Origin: the human T2T-CHM13v2.0 reference genome, Homo sapiens
Assembly (NCBI GenBank): GCA_009914755.4
Contig: CP068257.2
Coordinates: 28,768,001-28,832,000, forward strand
Reading direction: 5' to 3'
Length of the DNA: 64,000 nucleotides
How positions within the stretch are numbered: position 1 is the first letter of the stretch; every line of letters starts with the position of its first letter. Below are positions 1 to 13,487 of this stretch, piece after piece. The notes beneath the pieces were generated by a model. The model was not told the origin of the DNA. It did not search any database and saw nothing but the letters and a program-made list of their open reading frames with translations. Made by a program: the position numbers and the translations under genes.

Positions 1-1703
1 AACCTAGAATTTGATGACAGTTAAATATATCCTTCAAAAATGAAGGAAAAAAACCCATAAATTTTAAATCTGCACAAATTATTGATAAAATAAGTAATTT
101 GACCAAGGCTGATTGGTAATAAATTGATCAGCAATTTTTAGAAGAAGTGGGTAAAGCTGCAAAAATAAGTTGTATAGTCTCTGGACAGCACCCCTCAGAT
201 CTGAAATAATTCAATCTATACATCAGGGATGCAAATCCACAAACCAGAAAATGGCAAGCCAATATTTTCACAATGAAAAGCACACAAATTTTGAAATTTT
301 CTATTTTCACAATGTTGACAAATAATTCATCTTTTATGCTTAAATGAAAAATCAAACTACCCCTGGATGCCTACACTGTACAGACCTTACCAATAGAATC
401 TTGGGGCTGGATTAACCAGGATCTGGTTGCATATCAAGTCTCTATTCTCATACCCCCACATCATTCACACAATAATACAAGTGTAGAAATAGAGATTAGA
501 ATAAAATGAAACAGATGTGTCTACAAGCCTCTTTGATTGGTGCAGAGAACATGAACTAGAATTCTATAATTTTTCAGAACAAATTGGTTAACTTTCTACT
601 CTTAGCTAAGAGTAGTTTTGCTCTCTATTCATCATGTGGCTACCCTAATGTTTTGCCATGAAGACTATTTTGAAGAAGTGTTTCAAAAACAGAAAGAATG
701 GAGAAGGCTAAGACATTTAACCTTACTGAAGGAAATGGAGGAGAAATTAATTCTGCTTTGGAATATAAAAACAAAATTTTTTTTTCAGATAATTATATAA
801 ATTTTGTGCAGTTACTGACTCCTTTTTTCTCTATGCTTCTTTTAAAATTGAACTACTTGATTTTATTGATCTTCACAAAACCTAAATTTGACTCTGTTGA
901 TTTTCTGTTTTATGTTTGACTTCTATTTAATTGGCTTCTGTTCTTGCCGTCATAATTTTCCACCTTTATAATTTCAGACATTTCTTTTGGCTTAAATTGC
1001 TATTTTTTTTTCCTAGCATCCTCAAATAAAGTACTGAAAATTTGATTTCAAGCTTTTTAATATTCTCATTAAAATCTAAAATTTTCCTTCTAAACAGTTA
1101 AATCTCTCAAATTTTACTGCATTTTATCATCAGTATCATGTATTTCAAAATATTGTCTAATTTCCATTGTGGTATTTCTTTCTTTAACGTTTGAATTATT
1201 ACAAATGGCATTGATTAATTTACAATTGTATGAGATTTTTTAAGTTAAACACCAGAAATTAATTTGTCTTACATCTGCTTATATTTTACCCTTTAAAAAG
1301 TGTATTGCCAGTGCTCAACTGAATAATAGCTCACATTTAAAGTCTGATGCCAGCACCTGTGATAGATTTCATTTTAACAAATTTTCTTTTCAAAATAAAA
1401 TTTGCATGATTTAAGGGTAATAAACTTTTTAACCCTGGAATAATGTGGTGGCTTGTTATCTATTCATTTTCTAATGTTATTTTCTTGTGTATTTGTGGTA
1501 TTAAAATTAAAGATCTATAGTTCTCTGTGAATGAGCTTTGTATACAAAGCCTTAACCGATATCCTCAGAGTTTTTAACTCTCTTAAAGTAATAATTTCCC
1601 AGTAGTTCAGAATTTGACAGTGAAGCATTCTCTGACTAAACACCTCAGGAGCAGAGAAGAGCTTAATTCACTCCATGAACCATTGCCCATGTGTTGCTGC
1701 TAA

Positions 1704-2171
<468 letters not shown>

Positions 2172-2814
2172 TAGTAAATATCTTTGAATTCACCCCATTT
2201 TGGGTGCAAAGTTGCCTGAATCCCTGCATTCGCCAACTGGCTTCCAGACTGATTTATTTCTCTGAGTGTGTGTAAGTAGATTATAACTGAACCTATGGGG
2301 GAAAGGATATAGACGTGGAAGCTGTGGGTTCCATGTTAGTGCTTTCCCATGGCTCAAACTCAGTGTAGCTGGAAATAACCTTCTGTAGCAGCCAATATGG
2401 CTATTTTAGTTATATCTCACAAACAAGGATGCTATTTGATTTTCTTTTAATGGTTACTTTCTAAGTTTTCATGAATGTAGTATTTCACAAAATAATAAGT
2501 TGTCAAAAATATGACTGGTTGTAAATGAGCTAAAATTAAAAGCAAAATGACACCTTTGTGTAGAGCTGACCAATCTTTAAATAAATTTTCTATGCATCAT
2601 CTCCTTACACCCTCAAGCAGACCTGTGAGAGAATTCACTCATAGTCTAAGGTTCTTTTGCATATGAGAAAATACAGTCTCTAAGAGAATCATAGACTTGA
2701 CAAAAGTGCCATTCCTTTAAAAAATGAGAATGTTTCACTCTTTCTGGTAAGAAACTGTGTAGATCACCAAATTAAATTTAATGTATTAAGGTGGCACTTG
2801 AGCTCTAAAAGAGT

Positions 2815-2990
2815 CAGTATCTTTTTTTTTTTTTTTTTTTGGACAGGGTCTCACTCTATTGCCCAGGCTGGAGTGCAGTGATTTGATCACAGTTCCTTGC
2901 AGCCTTGAATTCTGGGCTCAGGTGATCCTCCTACCTCAGCCTCCTGGGTAAATGGGACAATAGGCACATGCCACCATGCCTGGTGATATG
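2815..2990 (-). mobile_element. Partial old Alu/FLAM-like SINE fragment, minus orientation
   Basis: Poly-T (22 nt) followed by ggacagggtctcactctattgcccaggctggagtgcagtg and cctcagcctcctgg motifs; diverged and truncated. Confidence 0.6.
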
Positions 2991-3350
2991 GTTTGGCTGT
3001 GTCCCCACCCAAATCTCATCTTGAATTGTAGCTCCCATAATTCCTACATGTTGTGGGACGGGCCCAGTAGGAGATAATCGAATCATGGGGGCAGTTTCCC
3101 CCCTACTGTTCTCGTGGTAGTAAATGAGTCTCATGAGATCTGACGGTTTTATAAGGGGAAACCCCTTTCACTTGGTTCTCATTCTCTTCTGTCTGCCGCC
3201 ATGTAAGATGTGCCTTTTGCCTTCCACCATGATTGTGAGGCCTCCCCAGCCACATGGAACTGTGAGTCCATTAAACCTCTTTTTCTTTATAAATTACCCA
3301 GTCTTGGGTATGTCTTTGTCAGCAGTATGAAAATGTATTAATACAACTGG
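2990..3350 (+). mobile_element. Solo MaLR LTR (THE1/MST-like)
   Basis: Begins tgatatggtttggctgtgtccccacccaaatctcatcttgaattgtagctcccataattcc and ends gtgagtccattaaacctctttttctttataaattacccagtcttgggtatgtctttgtcagcagtatgaaaatg. This matches my recalled THE1/MST consensus termini. Confidence 0.75.
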
Positions 3351-3359
3351 CAAATTTTC

Positions 3360-3510
3360 TGTTTATTTATTTTTATTTTTTATTTTTATTTTTTTGTAGA
3401 GACAGGGTTTTGCCATGTTGCCCAGACTGGTCTCAAACTCCTGGGCTAAAATGATCCACCTGCCTTGCCCTCCTAAAGTGCTGGGATTACAGGCGCGAGC
3501 CAAGAGGCAG
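3360..3510 (-). mobile_element. Alu left-monomer fragment with T-rich tail
   Basis: (ttta/tttt)n tract then gagacagggttttgccatgttgcccagactggtctcaaactcctgggctaaaatgatccacctgccttgccctcctaaagtgctgggattacaggcgcgagcc. Confidence 0.7.
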
Positions 3511-6500
3511 TTTCCAGGTCACGCAGCAAGCAGAGGATGGAACCCTGCTTCCTAAGTTTCATTTTAATGCAGTTTCAATTGTGTCCTGTGGTCTCATTTT
3601 CCCTCCCTTCATCGGCCCTCTTTCTTATTCTTCTCCTCCCCATTATCACCACCATCCTCATCACCACTAGATTGCTTGGGTAATAATCATGGTTAGTAGA
3701 CTTTTACTGGGAAATCCAAAGGGATTGAAATAATGAGTGAAAATATGGAAGGTTCTATTCAGTTTTCTGTGACAGAAATTGGAATGACAATGTTCGATGC
3801 TCCCTGGTGAACTTGATCTAATTTTGTTTATAACTTTCATAATTTAAAAAATGTTATAATTCAAGTTAGCTCTATATATAGAATTCTCATCTGTGAGTTT
3901 CTGCCATCTTAGAGATCTAGAACACAGACACAAATAGCATTAACATTAAAGAATACTTTCTGGCTAAGCCAAAGCCATCTTGGATTAATGGAAATGATAT
4001 GCCTATTTTAGATATAAAAGTGGTTCTCTGGCCTCTGGAAATACTCTAGTTAGAAAAGCAAACTACCTTTTAAAGACTAATATGATAGTTTCAATAATAA
4101 TTACACAACTATATAGTGAAGCATGCTTATGCTTACACAACTGGTAGTTATAATGTTGGAGACAATAAATTTGCAATATCAAAACTGGTACTAAAGTTAA
4201 ATAGATTAATATCTAATTTCAGGATGAAATAACGATAAATTTATCATCATATTATAAACTCTATCATTATAAACTTTATCATTCTATCTCAAGAAACTAT
4301 CCCAATGCCATATTAAAGTTTCTCTAAAAATGGCCAGCCGAAATCCCTGACTCTTTTGCAACATTTTGAATTTACCAGGATTAAGGTAGATTTCTCCCTA
4401 TATTCCAGCAACTCAGCAACAGTGATTCCAGATCTCCACTTCCCTACGAAGGCAGTCCTGCTCTCTACCAGATTTCTATTAGATCTCTCATGGGCTTTGC
4501 CTCTACCAGTGGTGTGGGTTTCCACTGCTGCCTTCCCTGTTTGATCTGTTACATTCATTAGCTCTGTGAGTCTTGAATCTGGGGGTTCAGGTCTTAAGTT
4601 CCTGCTGCCCTAGCAACTGTATTTCCAGAAATTACCATCCATCTAGCTACTGGCCAGCATGTGGTTCTGACTTCCAGGAATTACTGTATTCAGTTTCCCA
4701 GGAAGCTCATCATGAATCATTTATATGCAATTGATTTTACCAATTTTTATTTATTCTTGTCACTTTAGTGATTACAGATAACAACTTTGTTCCTCCCAAC
4801 CTTAACTTCTGTATTTTTCATTAGTCATGCCTCAGTAGCATTTTGTCACTTTTCAAAATAAGATTCATCTGGCTCTGTTCTTAGGGAATGCATGATGAAA
4901 AAATATTTTATTATATTTTTCAAGGAAAATGCATCCATTCATAGGCTACCATATAATGAGAAAATTTTAAAACAATTTTTTAAAATACAGTTCGTTTCTC
5001 TGAACTTACCATTTAGCAGGTTTAATCGATGTTAACCAAATAATTATTTAATTATAGTTGCTATTAAAGCTGTGAATAAGCAGCCTCAACATATAAGAAC
5101 ACTTAACGAAGAGATGTCACCTACTTAGAAGTCAGCAAAGGTTCCCAAAGAAAGTATCCTATCAGCTGAGTCTAGAGAGTGAGTAAAAATAGCTTGATTG
5201 GGGTGAGAAACTGGAATAAGCATATCCAATTAGAAGGTGCTTTGCACTAATTTGAATGAAAAGGATAAAAACCTATGATTAGTGATATCCAGTCATCAGA
5301 CTATCTGTATGTACTCATTCTACATTGCAAGTTCTGTCTCACATTTCTACATAAACCCTCTTTTACTGTACACCAACTAAATTTCACTTCTTCCCTAAAT
5401 ACAAAATATGCATTTTTTTCTCTCTGCTTTGGTCATTTTACTTTACCTTCTCATATTTCCCTTAGCTATTCTCATAGTTCTTGTGATTTTGATATTCAAG
5501 ATAGCTCCAACTTTTAGATATATGTTTAAAAGTTCTTCTGAAATTGGAGCTAAACTGAATTAGAATGAAATTTAAAGAGTGAGGTAGTCAGGATACGATG
5601 GTATATTGAATGTCGTGATCTTGAACAGGAGAAATTCAATTAATAAACTGCTGTATGTAAAGACCCCACTTTCCGAGCTGAGAGAGTTTGAAAATGGAGT
5701 TCTCAGGCTCGCTGGGGATGGCAGAGGAGGCGTGTTGTTGCAGATGCCTTCTAAGTTAGCTCAATTAATAATATCAATCATCTTTTACATGTCTCCCTGG
5801 TCAGATATCACTTGATACTGTAAACAATAGGCACTTAAAACAAAAAAGATACATATTTATTGTTATAAACAGAAACGAATGTAGCACACTACACACTCAT
5901 ACATACACGTGCAAATCAACTATACTGCACATTCCCAAAACATTTCTAGTCAACATTGAACTATTGGTCTTATAACGAAAAAGCAAAAAATAAAAATAAA
6001 AATAACAGGAAATAAGTGGTAAAACATTCTAGTCACAGGTGCGACTGCTCGCATCGAAAATCCTAAGTAATCTATAAAATTACTATAGAAATATTGATTT
6101 TATTTGTCTATACAAATGAAAAGCATATGAAAAATTAAGTTTAAAATTAAGTTAAAATATATTGTAATAATATCAAAACATATCATTTGTGGAATAGATC
6201 TTGAATCGTATCATGGATCTATGAATTTAGGGATAATTTTTATTATCTCAAATTCACAGATCCAAAACATTCCAAACAAAAGTGCCAAAATTGCCAAAAA
6301 TTGAAAAATTGACTGAAATTTATAAAGTTTAACAGAGGAAGAATAGGCAACACCATCTTTAAAAGGAGAAATAAAATAGGAAGATGTATATCAAAATATT
6401 ATGGTACTGGAATTAAATATAGATAATTAAATTAGTGGAACAAAATAGAGTTATGCAACAGATCCACATGTGTGCTACCTATTTTTTACAAAGATGTGAA

Positions 6501-6559
6501 GTCAATTCGAATGTAAAAACATGTCTTTTCAACAGATGGTATTAGAGTCACTGATATGT

Positions 6560-9500
6560 GTAAATATCCAGGCATCTGGAGCACCCTCTCTCCTGGATTA
6601 AGAGTTTAGGGCACCCTTTCTACCTTTGCAGAGATCTTGGGACTGAGGAGCTTTCACACCTCCATACCTGACCCGCCTCTGAGTGTTTGGTGTCTGCCGA
6701 CAGAACTCTCCCTCAAGGCTGATGCTTGTGCCTGTCATCAGGGGACCTGTCGGCAGAACTGCCAAGTCTGGCCCTGCCCATCTTGGCCGCTGCTCCCATG
6801 GAGCTGAGCAGGGAACTCAAACCACTGCGCACTCCACAAATCAGCCCATTGGCTGAGGGAACAGAGAGCTTCTCCCAGTAAACAAGGATCAAGTTACGTA
6901 CGTAGCCACGTCGGCTGCAGCTGGCTGTTTCCCATCAGCGCCATCTACTGACTTGCAAGTCAAACCACACAGTCCAGTATAAAACATGCCAACAGAGTGC
7001 GTAGGGCTATAGAAGCAAAGCCAAAAACCCTACCCAGCATTCTCTGCAGTCGCACCCCCTAAGGAAGTAGGAAGGGGAAAGGGAGAGAAAAACAGAGAAA
7101 GAAAGAAAAAGAAAAAATACTACCCCACAAAAATAATTACAATAATTAGAAGTACCAGTGCTTCCAGACGAGAAGAAACCAGCACAGGAATTCTGTCTGG
7201 CACCATGAAAAATCTGTAGTGACACCACGAAAGGATTACATTAGCTCTGCAGCAATGGTCCTTAGCCAAAATGGAAACTCAGAATTGATAGATAAAGAAT
7301 TCAAAGCATGGATGGCAAGGAAGCTCAATGAGATCCAAGACAAGGTTGAAAATCAACAGAAAGAAACTTCTAAAGCGATCCAGGAAATGAAGAAAGAGTT
7401 AACATCTGAAGAAATAATTCAGAGCTTCTTGAAATGAGAAACTCACTTAGGGAATTTCAAAGTACACTTGAAAGCTTTATCAATAGACTGGGCCAAACAG
7501 AAAGAATAATTTTAGAGCTTGAATATTGAACTCTCCTAGGTAGACAAAAATTTAAAAAAATGATTTTTTAAAAAAACTGAAGTCTTTGAGAAATATGAGA
7601 TTTTGTAAAATGACAAGTCCTACAAATTATTAGTATTCCTGAGAGAGGAGAAAAAGTAAACAACCTGAAAAACATATTTGAGGGAATAAATTAATGAAAT
7701 TCCCCTAATGTTGATTGAGAGATAGATATTGAGATATAAGAAATCCAGAGAACACCTGTGATTTGCAATACAAAATGAATGTCACCAAGGCATACAGTCA
7801 CCAGACTGTCCAAGGTCAATGCTAAAAAAATTTTTTAAAGGCAACTAGAGAAAAAAGTCAGATTATGTACAAAGGGAACTCCATCAGGCTAACAGTGGAC
7901 TTTTCAGCAGAACCTTACAAGCCAGAAGAGATTAGGGGCCTATTTTAAGCATTCTTAAAGACAAGGAATTCCAAAATTCCAATCAAGGATTTTCTATTTA
8001 GCCAAACTAAGCTTCATAAGCAAAGGAGGAATGAAATCTCTTCCAGACAAGCAAACACTAAGGGACTTTATTACCGCTAGAACAGCCTTACAAGAGAGCT
8101 TAAAGGAGTTAAAAACCTGCTGCCGCAAACACATATTTAAGTACATAGCTTACAGACCCTACAATACAACCACAGAATAGAATATCAACAAAGCAGCCAG
8201 CTAACAACTTCGTGATAAGATAGAAACTTCACATATCAAAATTAACCTTGAATGTAAATGGCCTAATGTGTCAATTGAATGGCACAAAGTGGCAAATTGA
8301 ATTTAAAAAAGAATATTCATTTGCTGTGTTTAAGAGACCCCTCACACACACTATGACACCCATAGGCTCAAAGTTAAGGGATGGACAAAGATCTATCTCA
8401 CAAAAGGAAAACAGGAAAAAGAGCAGGAGTTGCTATTGTTATATTGGATAAAACAGACTTTAAATCAACAACAGTAAAAGAATAAAAAAGAGCATTACAT
8501 AATGATGAAGGATTTAATTTAAAAAGAAAACTTAACTATCTTAAAGATATATGCACTCGGCCGGGAATGGTGGCTCACGGCTGTAATCCCAGCACTTTGG
8601 GAGGCCAAGGCAGGTCAGAGTGAGACTCGGTCTCAAAAAAAAAAAAAAAAAGATATATGCACTCAACATTGGAGCACCCAGATTCATAAAACAAGTACTT
8701 CCAGGTCTGCAGAAAGACATACAGCCACACAATGTTAGTGGGGAGACTTCAATACCCCACTGACAGCAGTAGACAGATAATCAAGGCAGAAAACCGATGA
8801 AGAAATTCTAGACTTGAACTCGGCACTTGACTCTAATAAATATCTACAGAATAGTCTACCCATCTACCACAGAATATACATTCTTCTCCTCTGCACACAG
8901 AACATGCTCCAAGATTGACCACATGCTCAGGCATAAAATAAGTCTCGATAAATTTAAAAAAAAAACAAACCTCATTTCATCATACTCTCAGATCACAGTG
9001 CAATAAAAATGGAAATTAATATGAAAAATTTCCCTCAAAACCACACAATTGCATTGCAATTAAGCAGCCTGAATGACTTAGCGGTTAAAAAATGAAATCA
9101 AGGCAGGATTTAAAAATTCTTTGAAATGAATGAAAACTGAGACACAACACACCAAAATCTTTTGGATGCAGCAAAAGTGGTGTTAACAGGAGAGTTTGTA
9201 GAACAAAATGCCTACCTCAGAAAGTTAGAAAGATCTCAAAGATTTGGTATCACACCCAGAGAAACTAGAAAAACAATAACGAGCTAATCACAAATCTAGC
9301 AGAAGAAAAGAAACAAGCAAAATCAAAGCACACATGGAAAAAAATTGAGACCTGAATATTTATACAAAGAATCAATTAAACAAAAAGTTTGTTCTTGGAA
9401 AGGATAAACAAGATGATTCTAACTAGTGACCTATTGATCCCTAGTTAGAGTAACAAAAAATAGAAGAGATAAGATTCAAATAAACATGATCAGAAATGAA

Positions 9501-11876
9501 AAAGGTGACATTACAACGAATCTCACAGAGACATAAAAGATCCTCAGAGACTATTATGAATACCTCTATTGAATCAGGAAGAAATTGAAACCCTGGAGAG
9601 ACTAATATTGAGTTCTGAAATTAAATAAGTAATTAAAAAAACTACCAACCAAAAAAAAAAAAAAAAGCCCAGTACCAGATGGATTTACAGTTGAATTCTA
9701 CCAGATGTACAATCAGGAGCTGGTACGAATTCTATTGAAACTATTCCCAAAAATTGAGGAGGAGGGACTCCTCCCTAACTCATTCTATGACTCCAGCATC
9801 ACTCTGATACAACACATGGCAAAAACAAAATTAGAAAAGACAATTACAGGCTAATATTCCTAATAAAATAAACACAATAAAAACTTAACAAATAATTAGC
9901 AAACAGAATCCAATAGCATATCAAAAAGTTAATTTATAGTGATCAAATAGGCTTCATTCCTGGAATGTAATGTTGTGTCAAGATGTGTAAATCAATAAAT
10001 GTGATTTACCACATAAACTAAATTACAAACAAAAACCAAGTAATTATTTCAACAGACAGAAAGAGCTTTCAATAAAATCCAATATTCCCTTACGTTAAAA
10101 AACCCTCAAAAAAACTAGGCATCAAGGGAACATACCTCAAAATGATAAGAGCCATCTATGACAGACCCACAGGCAACATCACACTGAATGAGAAAAATCT
10201 GGAAGCATTCTCCTTGAGAACTGGAATAAGACAAGGATGTCCACTCTCTCACTACTCCTATTCAACATAGTACTGGAAGTCCTAGCTAATGCAGTCAGGA
10301 GAAGGAAAGAAATAAAACGAATTCAAATAGGAAAAGAAGTTAAACTGTATCTCTTTGTGGATAATATGATTCCATACCTAGACAACCATAAAAACTCTGC
10401 CAAAAAGCTCCTGGATTTCATAAATGACTTAAATCAAGTTTCACAACACAAAATCAATGTAAAAAATTAGTAGCATTTCTATATATAACTATTATTTAAG
10501 CTAAGAGCCAAATCAAGAATAAAATAATATTTACAATAGTCACGTCAACAATCAAATACCTGGGAATACATCTAACCAAAGAGGTGAAAGGTCTCTAGAA
10601 GGCAAACTGCAAACCACTGCTGAAAGAAATCATAGATTATACAAACAAATGAGAAAATTTTCATGCTCATGGTTGTGAAGAATCAATACCGTTAAAATGT
10701 CTATACTGCCTAGAGCAATCTACAGATTCAATGGTATTCCTATCGAACTACAAATTTAATTCTTCACAGAATTTTTAAAAAGTATTCTAAAATTCATATG
10801 GAAAAAAAAGGATCTCAAATAGCCAAGGCAATTCTATGCAAAAAGAACAAAGCCAGAGGCATCACATTACCTGACTTCAAACTGTCCTATAAGGCTACAG
10901 CAACCCAAACAGGATGGTACTGATATAAAAACAGATACATAGACCAATGACACAGAATAAAGAACCTAGAAATAAAACTACACACCTACAGCCAGCTGAT
11001 TTTCAACAACTTCAGCAAAAATAAGCAATACAGAAAACACTCCCTATTCAATAAATGATGCTGGGATAGCTAGTTAGCAATCTGCAGAAAAATAAACCTG
11101 GACCCCTATTTTTTACTATATACAAAAATTAACTTAAAATGAATTAAACATTTAAATATAAGACCTCAAACTATGAGAAATCTGAAAGAAAACCTAGGAA
11201 ACACCATTCTGGACATCAGCTTGGGAAAGAATTTATGACTAAGTCCTCAAAAACAATTGCAACAAAACCAGACATTGATGTGGGACCTAATTAAACTAAA
11301 GAGCTTCTGCACAGCAAAAGAAGCAATCAACAGAGTAAACTGACAACCTATGGAATAAAAAAAATTCCACAAACTATGCATCTAACAAAGATGTAATATC
11401 CAGGATGTGTAAGAAACTTAAACAATTGAACAAGCAAAAAGCAAATCACCCCACTAAGAGACACTTCACACACACACACAATACAAGCAGCCAACAAAAA
11501 TATGGAACACATTTCAAATAAAAATCATCAGAAAATTGCAAATTAAAACCACAATGAGATGCATTCAAACCAGTCAGAATGGCTACTATTAAAAAGTCAA
11601 AAAGCATCACATGCTGGCGAGGCTGTCTAGAAAAGAAAAAACGTATGCACTGTTGATGAGAATGTAAATTACTTCAGCCACTATAAAAAAATAACAACTT
11701 AAAACATAGCTACAATTTGACCCAGCAATCCCATTGCAGGACATATATTCAAAAGAAAGTAAGTCATTTGACCAAAAAACAAACAAATAAACAAACAAAA
11801 CCACACATACACTCGTATGCTCATCAAAGCACCATTCACATTCGCAAAGACATGGAATTAACCTAGGTGTCGGAGG
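6560..11876 (+). mobile_element. Old LINE-1 (L1P/L1M-like), 5'UTR + ORF1 + ORF2 with many frameshifts. Its 3' end continues at 17130 after an LTR-element insertion
   Basis: ORF 7219-7437 is ORF1-like (…KLNEIQDKVENQQKETSKAIQEMKKELTSEEI…). ORF2 endonuclease/RT/C-terminal motifs are visible in translation (…[37 protein letters not shown]…, …MRCIQTSQNGYY…). Sequence ends in gacatggaattaacctaggtgtc, matching L1 ORF2 …AKTWNQPKCPS…. Confidence 0.85.
8559..8651 (+). mobile_element. Internally deleted Alu (~90 bp) nested in the L1, with 15-16 bp target-site duplication AAAGATATATGCACTC
   Basis: ggccgggaatggtggctcacggctgtaatcccagcactttgggaggccaaggcaggtcagagtgagactcggtctc(a)n; identical aaagatatatgcactc on both sides (8543-8558 and 8650-8665). 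Confidence 0.8.
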
Positions 11877-12055
11877 CATTTGAACCAACCCTCATGGCTG
11901 CTCTCCCTACGGAATAGCCATTCTTTTATTCCTTTACTTTCCTAATAAATTTGCTTTCACTCTACTCTAAAGACTTACTCGGAATTCTTTCTTGTGTGAC
12001 ACCCAAGAATCCTCTCCTGGGGTCTGGATCAGGACCTCTTTCCTGTAACATCTTT
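11877..12055 (+). repeat. 5' LTR of the element (apparently internally deleted relative to 3' LTR)
   Basis: Homologous to 16978-17129; first ~20 bp (ggaggcatttgaacc) resemble 16603-16620 (agaggcgtttgaagc), suggesting a ~355-bp deletion in this copy. Confidence 0.55.
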
Positions 12056-12057
12056 CT

Positions 12058-12075
12058 GGTGACCACAGAAGTGCA
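12058..12075 (+). promoter_or_regulatory. Primer-binding-site-like sequence resembling the tRNA-Arg complement. A second degenerate copy is at 12150-12168
   Basis: TGGTGACCACAGAAGTGC versus my recalled tRNA-Arg PBS TGGCGACCACGAAGGGAC; located immediately 3' of the LTR end (…cctgtaaca tctttc TGG…). Confidence 0.4.
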
Positions 12076-12261
12076 GAAGTGACTATAGTGGGAAACCCAT
12101 GACCCAAAGTGTAACTTTGGGTAACTGGTAGAGTCCAGTAACATCTTTTTGGTGAACCACGGAAGGGGCAATACTTAGAAGACTGCTTGATCCAAAGGAA
12201 ACAGACTGCAGCTCTGATCAGCCAACTTTGGGCAGGTGTTGGGGTACCCAGGTAAAGAATG

Positions 12262-12450
12262 GGATTGGGTTAGAGGCTCAAGTTAGGGGAGTTAGAGTCT
12301 CTCCTAAGACAGATTGGGTTAGACGCCCCTCTTAATAAAAGGCAAGGACGCTTGACAGACCTTGGGTTAGAAGCCCAACTTAGGAGGGTTAGAGTCCCTT
12401 TTAAGGAACCTAAGATTTAGGGGGTTAGAGGCCCCTCTCGGTGAAGTCCC
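12262..12450 (+). repeat. Tandem array (~6 copies) of a GGGTTAGAGNCC-containing 30-35 bp unit in the retroelement leader
   Basis: gggttagaggctc…gttagagtctc…gggttagacgccc…gggttagaagccc…gggttagagtccc…ggttagaggcccc seen directly. Confidence 0.8.
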
Positions 12451-13195
12451 TTTTCGATAAGAACTGGTTTGGCTCTATGGGATGTTAACCACTATTCTCT
12501 TTAAATTAATCTGCCTTGCCCTCTTTGCTGATGGCCATGGGTGAAAGGGTTAGCCATGTACAGATCATTATGAATATGGGGAGCTTTTTCCTCCCTCAAA
12601 AAGGGGAAACTTGAGAGCTGATGGGACTGCTGGAAAAGATCTGTTTGCCATCGACAAGCAGCCACCTAAAATTTTTAGTGTTGCTGCAATGGCTGGGTCA
12701 TTCTCTGACCTTCCTGAGTATCTCACCTTCCCCACTCTGACTCAGGCAATGCTTTCCTCCTTCTCTCTCTCCCTCTTTTTTTATTCCCTCTCTGAACAAG
12801 CAGGTTGAATGAATGGTAAAATTCACTGTTTATCTCCTGTAAAGTTTTGCTTAATGGAAAAAAGGATTTATAAGGCTAGTCTTAAGCTGTAGCAAAGGGT
12901 GTGCTTTGTGTGTCTTTCTGTATTATTCTGTCCTAATAAGGTGTACCTTAGGATAGAACATGGATTTAGGACACCCAGGTGTGTTTTTCAAGATGGCCCA
13001 GCAAACTTGTCAGTTAGAAAGTTTGACACAGGTCCCTGAAAAAACTGGATGAGATTTCCTTCTTGTCTTGTATGTCCATCTTTGGGAGCTTGGCCTTGTA
13101 ACCATGTGGCCATGCTTTCTCTTTTCACAATGGCAGACTGGGCTTAAGGTTCAATTCCTGGCTTAGAAAATGAGTCCTTTATTTTCTGTCTAAGT

Positions 13196-13487
13196 ATTTT
13201 TTTTTTGAGATGGAGTCTTCCTGTGTTTCCCAGACTGGAGTGCAGTGGCATGATCTCGGCCCACTGCAAGCTCTGCCTCCCAGGTTCACACCATTCTCCT
13301 GCCTCAGCCTCCTGAGTAGCTGGGACTACAGGTGCCTGCCACCATGCCTGCCTAATATTTTGTATTTTTAGTAGAGATGGGGTTTCACTGTGTTAGCCAG
13401 GATGGTCTCAATCTCCTGACCTCGTGATCCGCCCACCTCAGCCTCTCAAAGTGCTGGGATTACAGGCATGAGCCACCACGCCCAGCC
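13196..13487 (-). mobile_element. Alu SINE nested inside the LTR element, TSD CTAAGTATTTTT
   Basis: Poly-T then gagatggagtcttcctgtgtttcccagactggagtgcagtggc… ending …ccaccacgcccagccc; ctaagtattttt on both flanks. Confidence 0.9.

Noticed and set aside
7219-10470. ORFs 7219-7437, 8248-8451, 10237-10470 with protein-like translations
   Set aside because: They are fragments of LINE-1 ORF1/ORF2 (endonuclease, RT) in a frameshifted ancient L1, not cellular genes.
12262-12450. Regularly spaced GGGTTAGAGNCC repeats that superficially resemble a CRISPR-like repeat-spacer array
   Set aside because: Units are variable in length and sequence and sit in the leader of an LTR retroelement in human DNA. 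No cas context is possible here; it is a retroelement-internal tandem repeat.
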